Assembly: GCA_036278915.1 (NCBI GenBank)
Contig: DASUKB010000004.1
Location: 73,441-137,440, forward strand
Source: Patescibacteria group bacterium
Lineage (GTDB): Bacteria > Patescibacteriota > Doudnabacteria > UBA920 > O2-02-FULL-48-8
DNA length: 64,000 nt
Direction of reading: 5' to 3'
Positions 45,982-54,029 of the stretch are shown piece by piece (the first letter of the stretch is position 1; each line of letters starts with the position of its first letter). The notes under the pieces are model-generated. The model searched no databases and was not told where the DNA came from. It saw only the letters and a list, made by a program, of their open reading frames with translations. The position numbers and the translations under genes were made by a program.

Positions 45982-48145
45982 AAGTTTCTAAAGTCTCCTC
46001 TTTGGCTGCGAGGTGTTTGCCATGCACGGTCTTGGACCAGTGGTGCGGCGAGTACATAAATTCCGCGGCAGCGCGCACAGACGCCACAGCCAGCAAAATC
46101 CAGTATAACGGCGACAGCAGGCCGTATTTGACCGCGTTGTATCTCCCGCGCTGATAACTTGAGACGAGGTTAAGATAAACGAAGATTATATTGCCCGCAG
46201 CAAACGAGATTAATGACGTATAAAATATCGGACTTGGGAACAGCGACTGTATGAGGTGCGAATGCGTGGCAAACCATCCAACAAGCAATCCCCAGTACAC
46301 GAGGTTGGCAATGTTGATTACCACCGAAGCCGGCACCGTGATCGCAAATGCAAACAGCCCCGCCCAACCGATCCCAACTTCACGCTTAAATCGTAAAGGA
46401 TGTCGCAAGTGCACGATCGAAGTTTGGATAAAGCCCTTAATCCAGCGCGTGCGCTGCGCAACCCACGGATAGATCGAAGTCGTCGCCTCTTCGCGGCTCA
46501 CAGAATCCAAAATTTCCACTTTTTTGCCGGCGCGCGCAAGCTTGATTCCTGTATCCGCATCTTCGGTAACGTTGTATGGATCCCAAGCGCCAATGTCCTC
46601 AAGCGCGGATTTGCGGAAGTGCACGCTGTGACCGGAAAGCGGAATCGGATAGCCGAGTTTTTGCAAACCAGGCAAAAGCATATCAAAATGGAATGCGAAT
46701 TCTTCGTTGAACAGACGTGTAATCAAACTTTGCTCCGGATTGTAATGGTCGAGCCTGGTCTGCAGCGCATCCACTTGCGGAAATTTCTGAAATGCCAAAT
46801 ATGCTTTCTTAAGCTGGTCAGCATCGGGTATGATCTCCGCATCGTAAATGACGAGGAATTCCCCATGCACCTGCGGGAACGCCACATTCAGAGCTTTCGG
46901 TTTGGTCTTGGGCTGCACGTCGGGCAAAATTAGCGTTCGGAAATGCGCGGGCGGATTGGCGTCGGCAATGGCTTCTATAGTTTCCGTATCATACTCCTCA
47001 AGCGTGATTATAATTTCCAATTTCTCCGTGGGATAGTCAATCGCACTCATAGCGGTGATAATTTGGCGGATCACGGCTGCCTCTTTGTACAAAGGCACAA
47101 GTATCGTGTACATGGGCAAATCATAAGGATTAACCGATTCTATTTCTTCCGGGGAAATATCCAAAAATTTTTGGGTCGTCGCATGGTAGATTACGCGCAA
47201 TTTAAAGGCCATCATCACCACGTAAAACACGGCCATAATTCCCGAAATTATTACAAGCGACGAAATTCCAGTCAGCCGGTGCAGGCCGTAAATTGTGGCA
47301 GACAAGACGAACAAAATCGTCAAAACCAAACTTACTGTCTCCAAATACAACGTACGCTTGGCGCTCATAATCTGCGGCGTATACACAAAATCCCAATTAT
47401 TGTTCCAGTTATTCCCCAGCCGCTCGCTTGGGTGCGGGTATTCCAGAAATTTTAAAATTCCAAACAGGAAATATTTGAATCTAAGCTTCAATGCGCCAAA
47501 TCCCAGTTCCAGTCCGGTACTCAAAACGCTTACGTTGGACTTGCCGTGCATGCGGCCGGTAAATTGTATGTCGGTCTGCGCAATCCTCCAGCCCAGACGT
47601 TTGGCCTTAAACAGGAAGTCATAATCGAAACCCCAAGCGGAAGGCTTGAGCCGAACGCTTGCACAGACTTGCTTGCGGAAAACTTTAAGCCCGGACTGTA
47701 CGTCATACGGCAATCCCAAAAGCATCCGGCCAAAGAAAAATTTATATATTTTGCTGGAAATTTTACGGAAATTCCCGGCATCCGCGAATTGGCGGTTGCC
47801 GACCACGATATCTGCATCGGTAAGCTGTAATACCATTTGCGGTATGGCTTCGGGCGGATATTGCAAGTCCGCGTCAATCATAGCAATGATTTCACCTTTG
47901 GACTCCACAATGCCCTCCAGAAGCGACGTCGCTTTGCCTCGCGCGCCTTGTTTGGTGAGCAGACGGATATGCTCACGCGGGTATTTGGATTTAAGCGCGC
48001 GCAAAAATTTGGCCGTACCATCCGTCGAATGATCGTCGACAAAAATGAGCTCATGCGCAAGCCCGATCAGCGATTGGGCCAAACGATCGACGAGTGAGGC
48101 AAGGTTGTCCTCTTCGTTGTAAGTGGGGATGATTATTGAAAGCAT
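45950..48145 (-). CDS. dual-domain family-2 glycosyltransferase (N-terminal DPM1-like GT2 + TM region + processive GT2 with QxxRW)
   Basis: N-domain IIIPTYNEEDNL...IFVDDHSTDGT...IDADLQ. C-domain YTILVPLYKE...YDAE...TEDADTG...QRTRWIKG, which are the D, D, TED and QxxRW motifs of processive beta-glycan synthases. Multiple TM helices lie between and after the two domains. Confidence 0.75.
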   Translation of the reverse strand: MLSIIIPTYNEEDNLASLVDRLAQSLIGLAHELIFVDDHSTDGTAKFLRALKSKYPREHIRLLTKQGARGKATSLLEGIVESKGEIIAMIDADLQYPPEAIPQMVLQLTDADIVVGNRQFADAGNFRKISSKIYKFFFGRMLLGLPYDVQSGLKVFRKQVCASVRLKPSAWGFDYDFLFKAKRLGWRIAQTDIQFTGRMHGKSNVSVLSTGLELGFGALKLRFKYFLFGILKFLEYPHPSERLGNNWNNNWDFVYTPQIMSAKRTLYLETVSLVLTILFVLSATIYGLHRLTGISSLVIISGIMAVFYVVMMAFKLRVIYHATTQKFLDISPEEIESVNPYDLPMYTILVPLYKEAAVIRQIITAMSAIDYPTEKLEIIITLEEYDTETIEAIADANPPAHFRTLILPDVQPKTKPKALNVAFPQVHGEFLVIYDAEIIPDADQLKKAYLAFQKFPQVDALQTRLDHYNPEQSLITRLFNEEFAFHFDMLLPGLQKLGYPIPLSGHSVHFRKSALEDIGAWDPYNVTEDADTGIKLARAGKKVEILDSVSREEATTSIYPWVAQRTRWIKGFIQTSIVHLRHPLRFKREVGIGWAGLFAFAITVPASVVINIANLVYWGLLVGWFATHSHLIQSLFPSPIFYTSLISFAAGNIIFVYLNLVSSYQRGRYNAVKYGLLSPLYWILLAVASVRAAAEFMYSPHHWSKTVHGKHLAAKEETLETYAIKLPQTET

Positions 48146-48690
48146 AAATTTCCTTCCACTAAAGCTTACTTAAAAGCATGCATCAGTGCCTACTGTGCAA
48201 TCGGGTCAACAAGTTGGAATTAAAAAAAAATTTATTGGTAAGTTTGACAGGCCGAAAAAGTTTTCTCCATTTTTCAGGACAAGCAAATTAATATTTTCAG
48301 ACGCGCCTCGTTACTTTTGCTTGGATTTTTTGTATAATGTGAACAGGGACGCACCAACAAATCAGGCCATTGTTCTGGCTTGCAAGCACAATGCACCTTC
48401 ATTGGTTCGGATGGTTTGCATAATCCACAGGTAGTCGAAAAGCTTGATTTTGCGTATTTTGACCTAAGTAACAACCTCCAAAAAATTTCGTCACTGACAC
48501 AATATGCCTGGACAATCATCACATAAATTGAAAGCAGACTCATTCGCCGAAATTTCAACGAAAGCAGAACGCCGCGAAAGCAAAAATCGCCAGCGTATGA
48601 AACAGCACGGCGCGTCTTTGAAACGCCCCTCCAAATTCTCCGGACTCAAACTCGCTAAAAAGAAATAAGCATGGTTTAGCTAGAAGAAAA

Positions 48691-49632
48691 GTGACAAAGA
48701 AATTTATGCATAGATTAATAATAATTTTGGGTCCCACCGCCTCCGGCAAATCATCTCTTGCAATTAAACTTGCAAAAAAGTTTAAGGGCGAGATTATTTC
48801 CGCAGACAGCAGGCAAGTCTATCGCGGCATGGATATCGGCACTGGCAAGATTTCCAAAAAAGAACAACGCCTGGTACCGCACTATTTGATGGACGTTGCA
48901 AATCCCAAAAAACAGTTCACCGTCTCTGACTTCAAAAAGCTAGGAGCCCAGGCAATCGAAAGAATCAAGAAAAAACATAAATTGCCGTTTATAGTTGGCG
49001 GCACGGCCTTTTATATCTATTCGCTCATAGACGACTGGCAGATTCCGGAAGTTGCGCCAAATAAAAAATTACGTAATACATTACGTAATAAATCCACCAG
49101 GGAACTTTTTGCCATGCTCCAAAAACTGGATCCGAGGCGCGCGGCCAACATAGACTCACGCAATCCCGCGCGCCTCAGCCGCGCGATTGAGATAGTCAAA
49201 ACGACAGGTAGGCCAGTGCCCTCCCTGTCATCCCCGACTCCGATCGGGGATCTTAATAAAGATTCCCGCTTCCGCGGGAATGACACAAAGGTTTTATTAC
49301 TTGGTATCCGCAAAGACCAAAACGAGCTTTACAAGCTTATCGATAAGCGCTTGGAAGAAAGATTGAGGTCAGGAATGGTTGCAGAGGTAAAAAAACTTCA
49401 CAAATCTGGTTTGTCTTGGAATAAACTAGAAAGCTTTGGTCTAGAGTACCGCTTTGTTTCTCTTTATTTACAAAATAAATTATCTTATAGAAAAATGGTA
49501 GACCAGCTCAAATCCGCCATTCATAAATTTTCCAAACGCCAGAATACATGGTTTAAACGCGACACTCGGATCCATTGGATCAAAAACGAAAAAGAAGCTC
49601 GGAAACTGATTAAGCCTTATCTGTCATCCTGA
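48691..49632 (+). CDS. miaA: tRNA dimethylallyltransferase
   Basis: P-loop IIILGPTASGKSSLAI...ISADSRQVYRGMDIGTGK is the MiaA signature. The stop codon TGA lies inside repeat copy C. Confidence 0.85.
   Translation: MTKKFMHRLIIILGPTASGKSSLAIKLAKKFKGEIISADSRQVYRGMDIGTGKISKKEQRLVPHYLMDVANPKKQFTVSDFKKLGAQAIERIKKKHKLPFIVGGTAFYIYSLIDDWQIPEVAPNKKLRNTLRNKSTRELFAMLQKLDPRRAANIDSRNPARLSRAIEIVKTTGRPVPSLSSPTPIGDLNKDSRFRGNDTKVLLLGIRKDQNELYKLIDKRLEERLRSGMVAEVKKLHKSGLSWNKLESFGLEYRFVSLYLQNKLSYRKMVDQLKSAIHKFSKRQNTWFKRDTRIHWIKNEKEARKLIKPYLSS
49225..49286 (+). repeat. palindromic hairpin repeat, family 1, copy D, in-frame inside miaA
   Basis: CTGTCATCCCCGACTCCGATCGGGGATCTTAATAAAGATTCCCGCTTCCGCGGGAATGACAC shares its termini (TGTCATCC...GAATGACA) and central GGATCTTAATAAAGATTC with copies A-C. 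It encodes SSPTPIGDLNKDSRFRGND, an approximately 20-aa loop not present in, for example, E. coli MiaA. Confidence 0.7.
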
Positions 49633-49680
49633 ACGTAGTGAAGGATCTCATAAGATTCTTCGCTGCGCTCAGAATGACAA
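49621..49680. repeat. palindromic hairpin repeat, family 1, copy C
   Basis: CTGTCATCCTGAACGTAGTGAAGGATCTCATAAGATTCTTCGCTGCGCTCAGAATGACAA lies between the convergent miaA and gatB genes. It overlaps the last codons and stop of miaA. Confidence 0.85.
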
Positions 49681-49756
49681 TGGTACGTACGCCGTACGTA
49701 CCAAGCTCAGAGCATGCTCTGAGCAAAGTAAGAGCAAAACCGCCTCTGAGGCGGTT

Positions 49757-51229
49757 TTACATTCCCAATTCTTTTTTCAGCAGCTCGTTTATCTTTTGCG
49801 GGTTGCCGCGACCACCCATTTCTTTCATTGTCTGGCCCACCAAGAAGCCAAGCGATTTCTCACCTTTGGTCTTAGCATCCTCAACACCTTTTGGATTGGC
49901 TTCAATGACTCTTTTGACTGCGGAAAGAAGTTCGCCCTCATTCGAGACCTGTTCCAGTCCCATGCTCTGCAAAAGATTGCTTGGATCTTCGCCTGTCTCA
50001 AACATTTTAGCAAAGACATCTTTTGCGCCAAGCTGGCTGACCTTTCCTTGACCAATGAGCTTGATGAGTTCTGCAAAATTTTCTTGCGTGATTTTTGAGT
50101 CGACCGGCAGAGTTCCATGCTCATTGAGTAAAGCCAAGAATTGGCCAATCGTCCAGTTGGCTGCCAGCTTTACCAATTTATTGCGATCTTGGCCTTTTTC
50201 GATCTCAAACCATTCGTCCAGTTCAGAAACAACCTGCTCAAAGTATTCGGAGAGCTCTTTGTAGTTAACCAAAATTTCCGCGTCTTTTTCGGCAATGCCA
50301 AACTGACTTACGAATCTCTCCTTTCGAGTATTTGGAAGTTCCGGCAATTCTCTTCGTAATTCTTCAATATGGTCTTTGGTAAAGTGCAGCATGGGCAAAT
50401 CCGGCTCCGGGAAGTAGCGGTAGTCCTGCGACTCTTCTTTGGAACGCTGCGAGACTGTAATAGCCTTGTCATCCACGAAGCCGCGAGTTTCGCTGGCTGG
50501 AACTTCGCCGCTGTCTAGGATTTCTGCCTGACGTTTGACTTCATACTCTATGGCGTTGGCCACGGCGCGGAACGAATTCATATTTTTGACTTCCACTTTG
50601 TATGCCGGAAGCTTAGATTCTCCAACTTTGCGAAGGCTTATATTGGCATCGCAGCGCAAGTGGCCCTTTTCCATGTCCGCATCCGACACGCCCAGGTACC
50701 TGGCGATTGACTGCAAATTTTGCAGATACGCTTTGGCTTCCTCGGATGTGCGCATATCCGGCTCGGACACGATTTCCAAAAGCGGCGTGCCCGCGCGGTT
50801 GTAGTCCACCAAACTGTAATTTTCCCCCGCCGGGTGCAAAAGTTTTCCAGCGTCCTCCTCTAGGTGTGCGCGTGTAATGCCAATTGTCCGCGTCTGGCCG
50901 TTTACTGTAAGCTGCATTTGCCCGCGGCCATTGAGCGGCATGTCAAACTGCGAAATCTGGTAGCCTTTCGGTAGGTCCGGATAAAAATAATTTTTGCGGT
51001 CAAATTTGCTGTACTCGGCAATTTCGCAATTGAGCGCCAACCCCACCATGAGCGCCTTGTGCACAGCCTCTTGGTTTATTACAGGCAGAGTGCCGGGATG
51101 GCCGGTGCAGACTTCGCAGATGTGCACGTTTGGCCGGTCTGCTTCGGCATTCGGGGACGCGCAAAACATTTTGCTCTTGGTTTTGAGCTGGATGTGGACC
51201 TCCAGGCCGATTATAGTCTCGTAAGTCAT
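49757..51229 (-). CDS. gatB: Asp/Glu-tRNA amidotransferase subunit B
   Basis: MTYETIIGLEVHIQLKTKSKMFC is the GatB N-terminus. It also has the helical and YqeY-like tail. Confidence 0.9.
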   Translation of the reverse strand: MTYETIIGLEVHIQLKTKSKMFCASPNAEADRPNVHICEVCTGHPGTLPVINQEAVHKALMVGLALNCEIAEYSKFDRKNYFYPDLPKGYQISQFDMPLNGRGQMQLTVNGQTRTIGITRAHLEEDAGKLLHPAGENYSLVDYNRAGTPLLEIVSEPDMRTSEEAKAYLQNLQSIARYLGVSDADMEKGHLRCDANISLRKVGESKLPAYKVEVKNMNSFRAVANAIEYEVKRQAEILDSGEVPASETRGFVDDKAITVSQRSKEESQDYRYFPEPDLPMLHFTKDHIEELRRELPELPNTRKERFVSQFGIAEKDAEILVNYKELSEYFEQVVSELDEWFEIEKGQDRNKLVKLAANWTIGQFLALLNEHGTLPVDSKITQENFAELIKLIGQGKVSQLGAKDVFAKMFETGEDPSNLLQSMGLEQVSNEGELLSAVKRVIEANPKGVEDAKTKGEKSLGFLVGQTMKEMGGRGNPQKINELLKKELGM

Positions 51230-51231
51230 AA

Positions 51232-51669
51232 TTAGTTGTGTGGGGGCGGCACAGTGGTATTGTCCGCGGGTTTGGCGCAGCTGTCGATATGGTTCACGCA
51301 GGAACTGCTGAAGTCCACAAGATCAGGATTTATAGTTTTAAGTAAAATATATGCGCCCAAAAGAAGAATCAACCCAATGACAGATGAAAATATGTACGAT
51401 CTGCCGCGCGTCGCCCTGTCCGCATTGCCCGCGGAAGTTAGAGTTATATAACCGCCCACGATAATCATAAGCACAGCCAGGACAGCAGCCACGGATATAG
51501 ACCAGACATAAACCTGGCTCACGCATGAAGTCAGCGCTTGGCCAGTGGAATTGGTGGTGGTTGTGGTGCCCGTATTGGTATCCGTACCGCAACTCGCGGC
51601 AAATGCCGGATGCGGCACAAACGACAGGGCAAAAAAGATAAGACCGAAACCGACAAGTTGGCGTTTCAT
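51232..51669 (-). CDS. small secreted protein with two-helix T4SS-pilin-like (VirB2/TrbC-like) C-terminal domain
   Basis: Signal peptide, Thr-rich linker (TNTGTTTTTNSTG), then VYVWSISVAAVLAVLMIIVGGYITLTSAGNADRATRGRSYIFSSVIGLILLLGAYILLKTINPDLVDF. This stretch is about 75% identical to the C-terminus of the 4622..6304 protein. It sits between gatA and gatB. Confidence 0.6.
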   Translation of the reverse strand: MKRQLVGFGLIFFALSFVPHPAFAASCGTDTNTGTTTTTNSTGQALTSCVSQVYVWSISVAAVLAVLMIIVGGYITLTSAGNADRATRGRSYIFSSVIGLILLLGAYILLKTINPDLVDFSSSCVNHIDSCAKPADNTTVPPPHN

Positions 51670-51678
51670 ATTTTTGTG

Positions 51679-53133
51679 TTAGGAAATTGGCGGAGTTAAT
51701 TTTAAATTATTGATTTTTTCAAAAGCATCCCCCGCTGCAAATAATTTCTCCTCCGCAAAGTGGTTGGCGATTAATTGCAGGCCCACAGGCAAGCCGGATT
51801 TGGTGATCCCTGCCGGGATGGAAATGCCAGGCACACCGGCGATATTCAGACCGACCGTAAATATATCGGCCAGGTACATGGAAATTGGGTCCGCGACCCG
51901 CTCACCCAGTTTAAATGCCGGAGTCGGGCAGGTCGGCGTGAGCAAGATATCAAACTTTTCGAAAGCTTCCTTGAAATCGCGACGGATAAGTTTCTGCGCG
52001 GTCTGTGCTTTTTTGTAATACGCATCCTTGTAACCGGCACTTGAAGCATAAGTACCGATCATAATGCGGCGCTTAGGCTCCTCACCAAACCCGGCCGTGC
52101 GCGTGTTTTCGTAGACTTGCGTCAAGTTTTGTCCAGGTTCGGACAGTCCGTAGCGGATGCCGTCGTAACGCGAAAGGTTGGCTGAAATTTCCACGGGCAA
52201 GATAATGTAGTAGCAGGCAAGGGCGTATGATGCATGCGGAAGCGTTGTTTCGGACACTACGGCGCCCATTTTTTCGAACTTTGAAATTGCCTGCTCGATG
52301 ATTTGTTTAACTTCCGGGTCCAAGCCTTCGCCAAAATACTCATTGGGCACGCCAACTTTTAAACCTTTGAGGTCTGATCCCAAAAATTTGGAATAATCCG
52401 GCACAGGGACCGGGATCGTGGTCGTGTCGTGCGCATCGGACCCGGCAAACGCTTGGAAGGCAATACTGGCATCTTCCACGGTTTTGGCAAACACACCGAT
52501 CTGGTCCAGAGACGAGCCCAGGGCCACGGCGCCAAACCGCGACACGCGTCCATACGTTGGCTTGAGTCCGACCACGCCGCAAAAACTCGCCGGCTGGCGG
52601 ATCGAGCCTCCTGTATCGGTACCGAGGGCAAACAAAACTTCACCCGACGCCACAGCGGCAGCCGAACCGCCCGACGAGCCGCCAGGCACTCGCAACAGGT
52701 CATAAGGGTTTTTGGTGGGACCGTACGCGGAATTTTCTGTTGACGAGCCCATTGCAAATTCATCAAGGTTGGTTTTGCCAACGAGCACCGGGTTGAGATT
52801 TGAAAGCTTCCGCACGACCGTGGCATCGTAAACTGCCTTATAATTTTTCAAAATTTTGGAACCAGCAGTAAGCGGGAGATCTTTTGCTAAAATATTGTCC
52901 TTGAGCGCGTAAGGAATTCCCAAAATCTGCGCGTCATCGCCTCCCTTAAGCCTTTCGTCGGCAAGTTTGGCGTCGGCAAGCGCGCGTTCCTCGGAAACGT
53001 GCAGAAAAGCGTGCAATTTTGGTTCAAGCGCACGAATGCGGGCAAGCGCGGCAGTGGCTAGTTCCATAGCGCTCGTTTCTTTGCGGGCAAGCATGTTCGC
53101 CGCATGCTTTAGAGTCAGATCTTTGTAATCCAT
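51679..53133 (-). CDS. gatA: Asp/Glu-tRNA amidotransferase subunit A
   Basis: Amidase signature GGSSGGSAAAVASG. Length 484 aa. Confidence 0.9.
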   Translation of the reverse strand: MDYKDLTLKHAANMLARKETSAMELATAALARIRALEPKLHAFLHVSEERALADAKLADERLKGGDDAQILGIPYALKDNILAKDLPLTAGSKILKNYKAVYDATVVRKLSNLNPVLVGKTNLDEFAMGSSTENSAYGPTKNPYDLLRVPGGSSGGSAAAVASGEVLFALGTDTGGSIRQPASFCGVVGLKPTYGRVSRFGAVALGSSLDQIGVFAKTVEDASIAFQAFAGSDAHDTTTIPVPVPDYSKFLGSDLKGLKVGVPNEYFGEGLDPEVKQIIEQAISKFEKMGAVVSETTLPHASYALACYYIILPVEISANLSRYDGIRYGLSEPGQNLTQVYENTRTAGFGEEPKRRIMIGTYASSAGYKDAYYKKAQTAQKLIRRDFKEAFEKFDILLTPTCPTPAFKLGERVADPISMYLADIFTVGLNIAGVPGISIPAGITKSGLPVGLQLIANHFAEEKLFAAGDAFEKINNLKLTPPIS

Positions 53134-53137
53134 GGAT

Positions 53138-53419
53138 TTAGAAAACGCTTTTGACTTTCACAAACCCGTCCTGCTGGCCATTCGCCTGATCCAAAAATTC
53201 CGTAGGATTAAGTTCGGCCGCGGCGATATCTTCGCGCATCAAATTCAAGGCCCGAGAGTCCAAATCGGAAGCCGCAGAACTTTCTGTAATCTGCGTGAGC
53301 TGGTTCACGTAATCCAAAATTCCGGACAATTCTTGTTGTAGTTTCAATTTTTCTTCTGGTGTGAATTTCAAACGCGCAAGTGTTGCGATTTTGTCTACTT
53401 CTTCTTTCGAAATGCTCAT
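53138..53419 (-). CDS. gatC: Asp/Glu-tRNA amidotransferase subunit C
   Basis: MSISKEEVDKIATLARLKFTPEEKLKLQQELSGILDYVNQL. Confidence 0.85.
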   Translation of the reverse strand: MSISKEEVDKIATLARLKFTPEEKLKLQQELSGILDYVNQLTQITESSAASDLDSRALNLMREDIAAAELNPTEFLDQANGQQDGFVKVKSVF

Positions 53420-53464
53420 AAAGCTGCGGGATTTTATTACTGATTTATGATTAATTATACCACA

Positions 53465-53893
53465 TTATGGCTTTTCTGCCAAAACTTGGCTAATAACCTG
53501 ACTGCGAAATCCTTTACGGGATAATTTTTGAGCTAAACGTTCCCGATCCGTCTCTCTTGGATTTTTGTCCAAAAATTTTTGGGCAATTTCCCGTTCATGC
53601 TCAAGCGATAAATTTTCTGACAGCAATTTTTCGGCTTCATTGCTTGCCACGCCATGCGACATTAGTTTAGCCTTAAGTCCATAAAATCCGAAAGTTTTGT
53701 TTCGCATAAGGCTGTCTAGGTAGTTTTGTGCAAATTCGTAATCATTAAGCAGGCCTTGGGCGGACAATCTGACCAAGACCTCGTCTATATCGGATTTGAC
53801 AAAACCGCGCAGCATAAGTTTCCTGCGAATCTCCTGTGAATGGTGTGGCCGCAATTTGATAAATTGAAGCGCTTTTTCGTAAGTATTAACCAC
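53465..53893 (-). CDS. recX: RecX-family regulatory protein
   Basis: Three-helix repeat architecture. ALQFIKLRPHHSQEIRRKLMLRGF is typical of RecX. Confidence 0.65.
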   Translation of the reverse strand: MVNTYEKALQFIKLRPHHSQEIRRKLMLRGFVKSDIDEVLVRLSAQGLLNDYEFAQNYLDSLMRNKTFGFYGLKAKLMSHGVASNEAEKLLSENLSLEHEREIAQKFLDKNPRETDRERLAQKLSRKGFRSQVISQVLAEKP

Positions 53894-54029
53894 TTGACTC
53901 CTCTGCTATAATATAAGTATAGTTAATAATACTATAAATCCCATTAGAAGCTAGTCTTCTCGCGATCAAATCAGCAAAAGCATAACGGGAAAAGTTAACA
54001 AACATTAAACCTTAAGAAATTCGAACGGG

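Noticed and set aside
49638-50051. ORF 49638..50051 (+) beginning inside repeat copy C
   Set aside because: It translates the repeat and then runs antisense through gatB. It is not a gene.
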